A DNA stretch of 64,000 bases. Source: an uncultured candidate division Zixibacteria bacterium. GTDB taxonomy: Bacteria > Zixibacteria > MSB-5A5 > UBA10806. Every line of letters begins with the position of its first letter. The first letter of the stretch is position 1. Of this stretch, positions 11,515 through 21,864 are shown in pieces. Where the stretch lies: the NCBI GenBank assembly GCA_963801605.1, contig CAWDFP010000006.1, forward strand, positions 704,001-768,000, given 5' to 3'. Position numbers and translations under genes: made by a program. The notes under the pieces are model-generated. The model saw nothing but the letters and a program-made list of their open reading frames with translations, was not told the DNA's origin and did no database searches.

Positions 11515-12885
11515 GTGAAGTATCTGGAAAGCATTTTAGAAAGTATCGGCAAAACGCCGCTTATTAAGCTTAATAAATTGGCGTCCCCTAACGGTCCCAC
11601 AATTTTGGTTAAGGCCGAATATTTAAATCCCGGGGGGTCGATCAAAGACCGCATGGCCCTCTATATAATCGAAAAAGCCGAGCGTGAGGGACTCCTTAAG
11701 CCCGGCGGAACGATTGTTGAAAACACTTCGGGCAATACTGGTATGGGTGTGGCCCTGGTCGCCGCGGTCAAAGGCTACAAGGCTATATTCACCATGCCCG
11801 ATAAGATGTCTACGGAGAAGGTTAATCTCTTAAAAGCTTTCGGGGCGCGGGTGGTAATTACCCCTACCGACGTACCACCCGATTCACCAAAAAGCTACTA
11901 TGAGACCGCCAAACGAATCGCCTCGGAAACGCCAAATTCATTTTATATCAACCAATACCATAATCCTGATAATATCGATGCGCACTACCATCTGACCGGT
12001 CCTGAAATCTATGACCAAACCGAAGGGAATATCACCCATCTGGTAGCCGGTATGGGTACTGGCGGCACTATCTCCGGCGTAGGACGATACCTTAAACAGA
12101 AGATTCCGAATATTAAAATAATTGGAGTTGATCCGATAGGCTCAGTGTTTTACGATTATTTCAAATCTCATAAACTGATCAAGCCCCATGTATACAAAGT
12201 CGAGGGTTTGGGAGAAGATATGCTAACCGGGGCGCTCGACTTTTCAGTTATCGATGATATGATTCAGGTGACCGATCAGGATTGCTTCCTAACCGCACGC
12301 GATTTAGCTCGCAATGAGGGAATTTTTGCCGGAGGTTCTTCCGGCGGCGCGTTATATGCCGCTTTTCAAGTTGCGAAAAAGGCTAATCCTGAAGATATCA
12401 TCGTCGTTATATTGCCTGACGCCGGCGGGCGATATCTTTCGAAAATGTACAATGATAGCTGGATGTCTGATAATGGCTTTTTCCCACTTGAGACGATGCC
12501 TGGTCATGTATCCGAACTTGTCGAAAATGGGCACATGGCGCCGGTTGTTATTGGAGCCGAAAAGCCGATCAAGGATGCCATCATACTAATGAAAGAATAC
12601 AATATCTCGCAGCTTCCGGTCAGAGATAATGGAGATGTCATTGGTATGGTCTATGAGATTGACCTATTGCGCGCGCTCGCTGCCAGAACCGGAAGCCTTG
12701 ACGACCCCGTGCGCCAGGTTGCCGAGCGTCAAATTTCAAAGGTTAGTCCCGATGAGCCAATCTCACATCTAGCCGAAATATTTACCGAACAGGGGGATGC
12801 GGTCCTGGTTATGCGCGATAATAATCTGATAGGCGTGCTTACGAAAATTGATCTTATAACATATTTAGCGCGGAGCAAATCGTGA
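11515..12885 (+). CDS. cbs: Cystathionine beta-synthase with C-terminal CBS pair
   Basis: NPGGSIKDR PLP lysine, TSGNTG, GTGGT, RYLSKMYND, two CBS domains. Confidence 0.9.
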   Translation: MKYLESILESIGKTPLIKLNKLASPNGPTILVKAEYLNPGGSIKDRMALYIIEKAEREGLLKPGGTIVENTSGNTGMGVALVAAVKGYKAIFTMPDKMSTEKVNLLKAFGARVVITPTDVPPDSPKSYYETAKRIASETPNSFYINQYHNPDNIDAHYHLTGPEIYDQTEGNITHLVAGMGTGGTISGVGRYLKQKIPNIKIIGVDPIGSVFYDYFKSHKLIKPHVYKVEGLGEDMLTGALDFSVIDDMIQVTDQDCFLTARDLARNEGIFAGGSSGGALYAAFQVAKKANPEDIIVVILPDAGGRYLSKMYNDSWMSDNGFFPLETMPGHVSELVENGHMAPVVIGAEKPIKDAIILMKEYNISQLPVRDNGDVIGMVYEIDLLRALAARTGSLDDPVRQVAERQISKVSPDEPISHLAEIFTEQGDAVLVMRDNNLIGVLTKIDLITYLARSKS

Positions 12886-14018
12886 AAGACGACAAATTAT
12901 ATCGTATCGGGACCCGGGCAGTTCATGGAGGCGTGGAACCCGACCAGTTAACCGGGGCTGTCATGACTCCCATCTATCAAACTGCGACATACGCCCAAAG
13001 CGAACCGGGAGTAACCAAAGGTTATGATTATTCCCGAACCAATAACCCTACCCGTGAGGCGCTGGAACATGCGCTGGCATCTCTTGAAAATGCTGATTAC
13101 GGAATTGCTTTTTCCAGCGGAATGGGGGCTGTTACTGCGGTTATGCAAATGCTGCAGTCAAGCGACCATGTGATTTGTTCCGATGATGTTTACGGCGGTA
13201 CGTTTCGGCTTTTCGATAAGATTTTCAAGCATTTTATGCTCGAGTTTAGTTTCGTAGATACCACCGACGTTAAAAATATCGAGCTTTCACTTACGCCCAT
13301 GACAAAACTGTTCTGGATTGAGACCCCCACCAATCCGACGCTCAAAATTACTGATATTGTCAAAGCGGTTGAATTAGCAAAGAAAGTTGGAGCTCTCGTT
13401 GTCGTTGATAACACTTTCATGTCGCCGTATTTTCAGAGCCCTCTTTTTCAGGGAGCCGATTTGGTACTTTATTCAACCACTAAGTATATTTCGGGACACT
13501 CAGATGTTATTGGCGGCGCGATTGTAACCAACAACGCCAATCTTGCCGAAAAATTACATTTTATTCAAAATGCCTCTGGCGCTATCCCCGGTCCCATGGA
13601 TTGTTTCTTGACCCTGCGGGGAATTAAAACCATTCATTTACGAATGGCACGCCATGAGGAAAACGCCCAAAAAATATACGAATATCTCATGACTCAACCC
13701 AGCGTGAAGAAGCTTTATTATCCTGGAAACCCAAATCATCATAATCACAGCATTCAATGTCGCCAGGCTTGCGGGTACGGAGCCATTATTTCAATTGAAC
13801 TGGGCGACCTGCAGAGCGCCAAAAAATTCATATCTGGCTTAAAGATATTTACGTTAGCCGAATCGCTGGGCGGAGTTGAATCTTTAATAGATCATCCTGC
13901 TATTATGACTCATGCTTCGCTAACGCCTGAAGCCCGGCAAGCCCTGGGAATCACCGATGGTTTCATCAGGCTCTCTATCGGAATAGAGGATGCTGAAGCG
14001 CCCGAATTGCGGAAATAG
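12882..14018 (+). CDS. Cystathionine gamma-lyase/synthase, C-terminus truncated near 13997
   Basis: YSRTNNPT, IETPTNP, STTKYISGHSD, AESLGGVESL, IRLSIGIED; lacks the usual final DLxxDLxxAL helix. Confidence 0.88.
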   Translation: MKDDKLYRIGTRAVHGGVEPDQLTGAVMTPIYQTATYAQSEPGVTKGYDYSRTNNPTREALEHALASLENADYGIAFSSGMGAVTAVMQMLQSSDHVICSDDVYGGTFRLFDKIFKHFMLEFSFVDTTDVKNIELSLTPMTKLFWIETPTNPTLKITDIVKAVELAKKVGALVVVDNTFMSPYFQSPLFQGADLVLYSTTKYISGHSDVIGGAIVTNNANLAEKLHFIQNASGAIPGPMDCFLTLRGIKTIHLRMARHEENAQKIYEYLMTQPSVKKLYYPGNPNHHNHSIQCRQACGYGAIISIELGDLQSAKKFISGLKIFTLAESLGGVESLIDHPAIMTHASLTPEARQALGITDGFIRLSIGIEDAEAPELRK

Positions 14019-15870
14019 CGATCGCCACAGGGGCAATCCCTGAACATGTAGCTATTGATTCGGCTGGTCCGGAATCCCAGATTATCGTCATCGATATAAG
14101 GAGTTGTTCCGCAATAATCGATAGCGATGTTCATTGTTTCATTTATGGTAAAGGCTTCCCATACCTGATCGTAACTGTCGTTTTCACAGTCATTGTTGGC
14201 ATTGATGTTGTTTCCGGTAAAGGTAAGCGTACTCCCTGCGGTCGAGTTCGGATGGAGTGACATCTTCGCAGTTGTCGTTGGGTGGCGGGGGAGGGGCCAG
14301 ATCAATATCCAACTGATAAAAACCGCAATCGCTGGGATGCACACCTTCAATAGTTAGATAATATGTTCCCGGATCCAAAGAGGCGCTGACCTCGGCGAGA
14401 TCATTGCAGGCGCCGTCGTTGGAGGCGATATCGTCGGAACAAATTGTGGTGCCGAGTCGCATTTTAGCGCCCATTCCCGACACCGAATGTTGCTCATTCC
14501 AATTGGCGCTGGTATTGCACATAGAGAATATCCATACGGAATCGGGATAAGGAATTGTGATTTCCCAAATTTGATCTTCGCTGGCTTGTGACGGACAATC
14601 ATTGCCGGCCCCGCAAGTTGTCTGGCTGGGATCGGCCCAGGTTCCGCGGGCAGCAGTGATTTGATAATCGGGAGTCGGTGTAACATATTCTTCGACGTTC
14701 ACAGTAAAAGCGAAATCTCTTGGTGTTTGTCCTACCCAACAAGGGAAGTAAATTGTAGTTGGACCGGCAATTTGGGCAGATAGAACTGCATATTGATAAG
14801 TGTAATAATTTTCCCAGTTGGGGTAGCAATAACCCCACTCAAGATTATCGAATTCGTGACGTTCAGTGCAGTCGCAATTTGGCATCCAGGCGTTCCCGAT
14901 ACGATCGATACCCAGCGAATCTACTAATGCGCAGGTCGGGGAGAAATCAATAGTTAACTGGTTCGAAACATAAGGCAATTCGATAGTATACCAAACGCCA
15001 TTCCAGTTATCATCGAGGAATCCCGGGCAATCGGCCGTCGCGTTGATGTCGGTGCCGGTGATGGTTTGCGGGTATGGGCCGGTGATAGCTTCGAGCTTCC
15101 GAACACTGATCATTGGGAGGAGTAGCCTCGCAAGGATCTTCGGCGCATGACAGATAGGGTGAGAAGGTACCGCCCAACAGATTACAGTCCTGTATGGAAT
15201 TGTCTACGCAGGTCGGGCTATGGGGATCACCGTAACAGCAGCGTCCCGTTTCAGGGGCATCGGATATTTTGACGTCATCGATAAAAGGAACACCCATTCC
15301 CCAACCCCAACCGCTATATGCCACGAAAACAATTTTGGCATCGTTTGACAATGAAATGAAAGGCACAATGTTTTGTTGCCATTGCATCAGGAAATGAGGA
15401 TTAAGTTCTGAGGCCGGTACCTGGTATAAGCGTGTCAGTGCATCGCCTTCTTTTAGATAAACTATAACGGAATCGGCGGCCCAATTGCTTGGATACCAAC
15501 TCCAAAATCTCAAGACAAAGAACTCGGAACGGCCCGATAAATCCATGCTTGGTGTCATTATCGAATCGACCACATCACCCGGAGTATCAAAAAGCGGAAA
15601 GTAAGCGCAATAGCTTCCGGTATGAGGGGAACCGGGACTCCAATCGGGATTCCAGTAAGTGCCATCGCCATACAGCCATGGATTTAGCCCAGGGCTGTCA
15701 GTCCAGCCAGCGGGTATCGCCCCGCCATTTTCAAATCCTTCTTCATACACCACATCCTGAATGGTGGGCGGATCCGGATTTGTAACCAGGTTTACGTTGT
15801 TGTTAGTTGCCCTTGCCAAACAGATGCAGCACAACATTAGAGCAATAGACAACGGTAGAATTTTTCGCAT
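13998..15870 (-). CDS. Secreted Cys-rich multidomain protein (MAM/cleaved-adhesin-like N-domain, PPND-C repeats); frameshifted and 3'-truncated
   Basis: Three consecutive minus ORFs (15010-15897, 14190-15113, 13910-14350) join into one: signal peptide, YEEGFENGGAIPAGW...FIDDVKI, GRCCYGD module, repeated PPNDxC and TGxxINAxxDC. Confidence 0.7.
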
Positions 15871-16147
15871 GTCTTTTCTCCTTAGCAGAACCAACAAAGA
15901 ATCATCATTTTGCTTTTCGAGTTGTTTTACAGCTTTAAAAGAAACTTACTACCCTGATTTCCGCAGAAGACTTTGTTAAGTGATTACAAAAAAAGATTAT
16001 AGTAACAATTTTGGCGCTTAAAATCTTCCTTTCGAGTTAAAATCTATTTCCCTGATATATTTGCTCTTTTGTTTCAAAGAGAATGCTGGACGAGTTTTCA
16101 TGATATTATTACCCAAATACCCAAAGGTTTACATGATTATCTATTGC

Positions 16148-17071
16148 CTACGGCTTTTCTTTCTTTTTACTGAAATCAGAGAGCGGTATTTTGTGTTTGC
16201 CAACGATATAATAATCTCTGGATTTTTCCCAGAATGATTCAAATAGAAGCTTAAAGCTTTTGGCTAATGCCTGATGTTCAGCTACTAGACTGGTCACCGA
16301 TGGTTTTCCGATAATCGGGTCAACCAGGGCGAACAAAGCAGTTTTTTCGTCAAAAATGGCCAGTTTAATGGGAAGCTCCTCGATCACTCTGGCTTCCTCG
16401 CCTTGATTAATCAGGTCGCTCGCGGCTTCGAGCAGCGAATTCTGAGCCTGCCTTTCTGACGGAAGTTCGTAAATAGTTCTGGTCTTAACGCCCCTTTTTA
16501 AGGCATCAATCTGTGGATTTTTTTGTTCCTGTTGTTGTTCTCTGGTCGTAAATGAATACGGCGGTTTTGTAAAGACCAGGATTTCAAACTTGGTTTCATC
16601 GCAAAGCTGAATGACCTTGTGACGGACTTGCAGTGGGTCTCGGAGAATCTCGATATAGTCAAACGGGGCGCTGTCATATTGATTTCCCTTAAAAAGAGAA
16701 TCTAACTCATCGGTGACAAGCTCGATATCTTCCTGAACAGCTTTTTTTCGGTGCAAAATCTCTTTGCGCTTTTCCTCTAGGTTCTCCAATTCGGTTTCGA
16801 TAGAGGTATCAAGATTTTCCAGCGATTTCTCCTTGAGGAGCCAGGGGTCAGCGGCGGCATACTTTTTCATTTTGCCGGGGATCAAGACGCTCAACCCTTT
16901 GGATAGCAGCTTTTCTAAAGACTCGTAAGCATTGGGTTTGGGGATTCCCGCCAATTTAGCTACTTCGCCGACATTAAGCGACTTTCGTTCAAGCAGTGCC
17001 AAGTAGCATTTAGCCTCATATTCGGAAAATCCCAAACGCTTGATTTTTTCAAAAAGCCTGATGTTGTTCAT
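16148..17071 (-). CDS. TrmB family transcriptional regulator
   Basis: LGFSEYEAKCYLALL...GIPKPNAYESLEKL HTH; PLD-like C-domain (LPIKLAIFDEK...FESFWEKS); GGAG before ATG 17071. Confidence 0.88.
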   Translation of the reverse strand: MNNIRLFEKIKRLGFSEYEAKCYLALLERKSLNVGEVAKLAGIPKPNAYESLEKLLSKGLSVLIPGKMKKYAAADPWLLKEKSLENLDTSIETELENLEEKRKEILHRKKAVQEDIELVTDELDSLFKGNQYDSAPFDYIEILRDPLQVRHKVIQLCDETKFEILVFTKPPYSFTTREQQQEQKNPQIDALKRGVKTRTIYELPSERQAQNSLLEAASDLINQGEEARVIEELPIKLAIFDEKTALFALVDPIIGKPSVTSLVAEHQALAKSFKLLFESFWEKSRDYYIVGKHKIPLSDFSKKKEKP

Positions 17072-17527
17072 CTTAAATCTCCAGTAGTAGCTGTTGCATA
17101 TAAGAAAGCACCAACTACAATATATATCGGTTGCTTTTTTCGTCAAGTTAAAAATTTATGGATGCAGCTACTACGATGATTATATCGGAACCGCCTCCCC
17201 AAATTATGTTTAATTGGCTATCTTCTTGTATTTCAATTTATTACAATAGTTGGTCTATAAATGTTCTCTATTGGATGACAAATTATCACGGGAAACGCGT
17301 ACAAGTTTTTAATTAACCTTTTCGCCCACCACCGTTTTGATAACTTAAACAATTGCAAGGCCTTACGACGAAATCTTGTTGTCGTGCGATTTCAGCCTAT
17401 TCCTAATAAAAGATTATATGTGAAAATTTGATTTATTTAGAAAATTAGGTTCGAGGGTGGATTCGATAATTAAAGATTCTAAGATGGAATCCCTATAATA
17501 TTGATTTGGCGTTTACGATTTATAAGG

Positions 17528-17869
17528 TTAATACTTAAATCTTTTCGAAAGCAGATTTACCAAAATCTTCTGCAATTCTAAAAGATGATCTTCCAAAGCC
17601 TCCTGCTGAATGCTGTGGCTTTGAAGTTTATGATCATATTTGGATTTCCAGGATAGGACCTTGTCGATCTTTTTGGTGTTTTTCGGATTTAGTTTAATCC
17701 CCTCATTTTCGCTTTCAAGAATTTTGAAATAGGTACCAAACTGTTCACGATCCTGCTCCAGTTTCTTGGAACGCAAATCAACTATGGCCCTATGAGCTTC
17801 AAGAGTCTTTTCGAGATCATCTTTTAATCGATGTAACAGCTCCCGGGGATTATGATCTTTTGCTGCCAT
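17528..17869 (-). CDS. Hypothetical coiled-coil protein
   Basis: Charged helical ORF directly downstream of the glycosyltransferase on the same strand. Confidence 0.55.
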   Translation of the reverse strand: MAAKDHNPRELLHRLKDDLEKTLEAHRAIVDLRSKKLEQDREQFGTYFKILESENEGIKLNPKNTKKIDKVLSWKSKYDHKLQSHSIQQEALEDHLLELQKILVNLLSKRFKY

Positions 17870-17873
17870 TTCC

Positions 17874-19070
17874 CTATTTTCCTTCACGCTGCGAATTTAA
17901 TAGAATAGCGGCAATCTTTTCCGATGAATCCGGACGGGCAACAGCTCTGGCACGGGATTTCATCTGTTTTAGATGCTCGGGGTGATCCAGGATTCCGTTT
18001 ACCTTGTGGCATAAACCGGAAAGTTGGTCGACTCGAACCGCCACCCCTTGTTCCAGGAAATAGTCACAGTTGCGAACTTCCTGCCCCGGATATGGTCTGA
18101 ATATCACCATTGGCAGCCCGTTTGCCAGGCACTCCGATGTCGTCAAAGCTCCGGCCTTGGTGATCGCCAGATCCGAAACCGCCATAAGCTCATCCATAAA
18201 ATCGATATAACCGTAAAATTGATACTTGATATCATTCTCTACCAATCGTTCTTTGACGATCTCCGGAATAGGATAGTGCTTACCGGCCACCACGATTATT
18301 TGAATCGATCGTTGGCAGCCGCCCAGCCAATAGAGCATATCCTTGATATTCTGACTGCCAAACATGCCGCCTAATATGAGGATAGTACGCCGCTCCGGAT
18401 CGAGTTGAAATTTGCGTTTAAGCTCTGCTATGTCCTTAACTTGTCCAAACGACGGGTGAATCGGTATTCCAACCGATTCGATTTTTTCGGTGCCAAGAAA
18501 GAGCGAATAGGGCAAAAGCTCTGCCCTGAGCTGTTCCGTGGCGACGAAAACATAATCCTGCCCGGATGCGATCCAGACCGGATGAACACCATAATCTGTT
18601 ACGACCGTAGATATATTGCAGGTATTGTCATGCTTTAGCTTGTAATGTCCCGATGCCCAGCTTGAAAGAAAATGCGATGAAACCAAATAATCCGGTTTCT
18701 CATTTTTTAGAAATCTGAAGAGCGGGGCCAATATCGTAAACCAGAACGACCGTTCCCAAAAGCCGATTGGCTTAAATCCTGAAAGGTCCGAGCCGCTTTC
18801 ATAAATAAGGTACCAGAGCATCGGATATCTACTCGCTACTGTTATATAACCACTCGAATAGAGTTTCGATATCGGTTTGGGCATGTAATTCAGAATATCT
18901 ATCAATCGAATTTCAGCGTCCGGCCGCTGATTTTTCAGCGAGTGCAAAATAGCCATGCAGGCGCTGCGATGACCAGCCCCCGCAGAGGCGTAAAGCAAAA
19001 AGATTTTTGGCGGCTTGAGTTTTACGCCAGCCGCTATTTTTGATATGGCATTTGTTTGCTTTTCGACCAT
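17874..19070 (-). CDS. MGDG synthase/UgtP-like glycosyltransferase (GT28-like)
   Basis: ASAGAGHRSA, TVVTDY..HPVW, GIPIHPSF, ITKAGALTTSE, PGQEVRN. Confidence 0.88.
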   Translation of the reverse strand: MVEKQTNAISKIAAGVKLKPPKIFLLYASAGAGHRSACMAILHSLKNQRPDAEIRLIDILNYMPKPISKLYSSGYITVASRYPMLWYLIYESGSDLSGFKPIGFWERSFWFTILAPLFRFLKNEKPDYLVSSHFLSSWASGHYKLKHDNTCNISTVVTDYGVHPVWIASGQDYVFVATEQLRAELLPYSLFLGTEKIESVGIPIHPSFGQVKDIAELKRKFQLDPERRTILILGGMFGSQNIKDMLYWLGGCQRSIQIIVVAGKHYPIPEIVKERLVENDIKYQFYGYIDFMDELMAVSDLAITKAGALTTSECLANGLPMVIFRPYPGQEVRNCDYFLEQGVAVRVDQLSGLCHKVNGILDHPEHLKQMKSRARAVARPDSSEKIAAILLNSQREGK

Positions 19071-19087
19071 TTCAATTAAATTATACG

Positions 19088-19984
19088 TTAATAGGCGCCA
19101 TCACCTACTTTTTTCAATCCTTCCAAGACTCCAATAGGTTGTGTCCTTAAAATCAGCCTCATTTTATTAATTGTCAAGCCCGCTTTTAGAGGACGGGGAG
19201 CTTTTAAGCCAAGTTTATTAATCGAGGTTTTAATGACATGGCTGCTTTCATATCCCAATATCCCGGCGCCCTTAATGGCAAAATCGTAACGCGACAAATA
19301 ATCGCGTCCTCCAATATTTATAACGCCCCTGAAATTCATATCCATAAGCTCGATAATAGCATCCGCGAGATTTCCCGCCCAGGTGGAGTTGTTATATTGA
19401 TCGTCCGCCGCCTGAATATTACCAGTTTTGGCTTGCAGAAGCCAGTTAACCAGTTTTGAGGGACTTGATGGCAAATTTCCATAAATATGATTTGTGCGCA
19501 CGATCAAATGCTGGCAGGAGGAATTGATTATCGCTTTTTCAGCATCAGATTTGGTCAGGCCGTAATAATTTATTGGATTAGGAGTAGCGTCCTCGGAGTA
19601 AGGGCCGGATTTGCCATCGAATATATAGTCGGTAGAAAGATGAATAAAAAGACGATTATGCTCATTACAAAATCCGGCCATAGTTTCAACTGCTTCAGTA
19701 TTTATCCGATGAGCCTCTTCCCGTTCAATTTCGCACTGGTCGACATCGGCCATTGCCGCGCAGTTAATTATTGTATCAAAATCGGTTTTACCGAGGAAAG
19801 ACAGCAAATCCTGTTTTTCGGTGATATTAAGTTGTACCAGATTAATAGATTCTGGCGCACCAGTGGGGTTTCGGCTTATACCTATAATATTACGCTTGCT
19901 CTCTAGGCGCCTTGCCAGATGACTTCCAACCAGGCCGGTTATTCCCGTAATGATTACATTCGCCGCCATCATCAATTCTGACAA
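19088..19984 (-). CDS. dTDP-4-dehydrorhamnose reductase-like SDR
   Basis: ITGITGLVG, CAAMADVDQCE, STDYIFDG, PINYYGLTK. Confidence 0.88.
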   Translation of the reverse strand: MSELMMAANVIITGITGLVGSHLARRLESKRNIIGISRNPTGAPESINLVQLNITEKQDLLSFLGKTDFDTIINCAAMADVDQCEIEREEAHRINTEAVETMAGFCNEHNRLFIHLSTDYIFDGKSGPYSEDATPNPINYYGLTKSDAEKAIINSSCQHLIVRTNHIYGNLPSSPSKLVNWLLQAKTGNIQAADDQYNNSTWAGNLADAIIELMDMNFRGVINIGGRDYLSRYDFAIKGAGILGYESSHVIKTSINKLGLKAPRPLKAGLTINKMRLILRTQPIGVLEGLKKVGDGAY

Positions 19985-20054
19985 TGCTAAAAATAGTTTA
20001 GCAAAGGCCCGCTCAAGAATCGGCGGACCTCAGCCTTTTTTTTCGAAATGTCCT

Positions 20055-20687
20055 TTATGCTTTTTCTCCCGGCCATTCGGTCCAGGATTTCTCAGGCCTA
20101 TCATTGCGATCTGGTTGCTGAATACCGTCCAACAAATTTTTATCTATTAGGATGTATTTGTCGGCCGCTTGTCTCAGCAAATAGGAGCCGCCAAGATTAG
20201 CGACCTCGACATGCTTTCCTAAATCCTTGACTGTTTCGACCAATACCGTGAAATCCTCATCGCCGGAGATTAAAATGGCAGTATCATAGTTATCCTTAAA
20301 TGCATGCGAAAGCATATCGATCACGATAAATGTATCGACGCCTTTTTCGACATAGGTCGGCACCGAAACGTAGGTACCGTCAGGTAAGTTTTGTTTGACT
20401 AGCCTCTTTTCAAGCCGTCCGAATTTTTTGGTTAGATAGGGAACCGTATCTAGGGAGTCGAAAAACGATTGCTGCATGCGAAACTTATCCTCATCATCCT
20501 CGCGATTAAGAGGCGCATTATAGTAATAAACTCGAATAAGCTGCCGTCCCGCCACCAGGCGCTCCGTAAACTGTTGAAAATCGAGATTGGTTCTGCCGAT
20601 GACATGCTTCAAACTGTGATAAAGATTGTTGCCATCGATAAAAACCATGACTCTCTCTCTGTGACCATCTTTGGAAAATAAACTCAT
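20055..20687 (-). CDS. NYN domain (LabA/DUF88, PIN-like) protein
   Basis: VFIDGNNL, EKGVDT, LISGDEDF, GKHVEV. Confidence 0.9.
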   Translation of the reverse strand: MSLFSKDGHRERVMVFIDGNNLYHSLKHVIGRTNLDFQQFTERLVAGRQLIRVYYYNAPLNREDDEDKFRMQQSFFDSLDTVPYLTKKFGRLEKRLVKQNLPDGTYVSVPTYVEKGVDTFIVIDMLSHAFKDNYDTAILISGDEDFTVLVETVKDLGKHVEVANLGGSYLLRQAADKYILIDKNLLDGIQQPDRNDRPEKSWTEWPGEKA

Positions 20688-21171
20688 ATTTATACCTCTT
20701 ATTAATTCTCGCGGCCGTGCATTTTGACCGCTAAAGTCTTGACGATAGATTGCTTACTCATTTCATTTTTTGTAAAATTAATACCCTTCCTTTGTTTAAT
20801 AATTTGCCGCTAATGTATGCTTATTGGATTTAATGCATCCTTGTATAATGTGCAGAAAACATGTCAACCTTCTTAGCTCACTTTTGCGTTTATTTGGCGA
20901 CCGCGAAAACAATCGCCGAGCCTGCGCATAAAAGTTATAAATGCTTATTGTCTTTAGATTTGGAGAATCGATGCACATGCCGGATTGTCCGGCTATTATA
21001 ATAATTTTCATAAATACCACGTCTAAAATAAAGGCTTCTATAACGGGCGCCTGTTCAACCCGACCCTAATATTAGATGATATATTAAGAGACATTATCCC
21101 CATTGGCAAGCAAAATCGAAATCGCTTTTGCTGGAAATGTTACAAGATATTTGGCCTTTTTTTGATATTAT

Positions 21172-21220
21172 AAAAAAGCGTATCGAATTCCAAACTCGGT
21201 AATAGTGAAACTCGACACGC
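21172..21220 (-). terminator. Terminator after ferritin
   Basis: Minus strand GCGTGTCGAGTTTC...GAATTCGATACGC followed by T6. Confidence 0.65.
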
Positions 21221-21243
21221 CCCCACTACCTTCTTAATTTTAG

Positions 21244-21738
21244 TTAGCTTTTGGCTCGTTTGCCGGCATGACGATCGAGATACATTAAATTGCCCGGACG
21301 ATTATCGGTCATTTTGATCTGCTCCAGGATTTCGGTGGCGCTAGCTTCCTCCTCAACTTGCTCTTTGACAAACCAGTTGAGATGTTCTTGAGTGGCAAAA
21401 TCCTTTTCATCAACCGCCAGTTGATAAATTTTGTTAATTCGACCGGTTACAATTCTCTCATGGTCCAGGGTTTGTTGGTAAACGTTCTGCATAGTGCCAA
21501 AATCCACAGGAGGAGTATCCAGTCCCTTTAATGCCACCCTGCCGCCGCGATCAACCAGGTAATTATAGAATTTGTAAGCGTGTTCCTTTTCTTCCTCGGC
21601 TTGCTTTCTAAACCAGGCCGCAAACCCCTTAAAATTATTAGCTTCGCAAAATGACGCCATCGCCAGATACAAATAAAACGAGTCGAATTCGGCCTTAATT
21701 TGATCGTTGATTGCAGATTGGATTTTTTCGCTTATCAT
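21244..21738 (-). CDS. ftnA: Non-heme ferritin
   Basis: INDQIKAE..S.YLY, QAEEEKEHA, WFVKEQVEEE ferroxidase motifs. Confidence 0.93.
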   Translation of the reverse strand: MISEKIQSAINDQIKAEFDSFYLYLAMASFCEANNFKGFAAWFRKQAEEEKEHAYKFYNYLVDRGGRVALKGLDTPPVDFGTMQNVYQQTLDHERIVTGRINKIYQLAVDEKDFATQEHLNWFVKEQVEEEASATEILEQIKMTDNRPGNLMYLDRHAGKRAKS

Positions 21739-21864
21739 TAGTAACGCTCCTTTAATACAACAGTTAGTAATTTAGGGGGACTAGTGTCCCTTTTCACAAA
21801 CCCTGAATATTAACAACGATGAAATAGGAATTGTTTCTTGAAAAATGCGAACAGAATGCGATGA

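Noticed and set aside
21776..21792. Iron-responsive-element-like hairpin before ferritin
   Set aside because: Short GGGAC/GTCCC stem; the sense-strand loop is not CAGUGN
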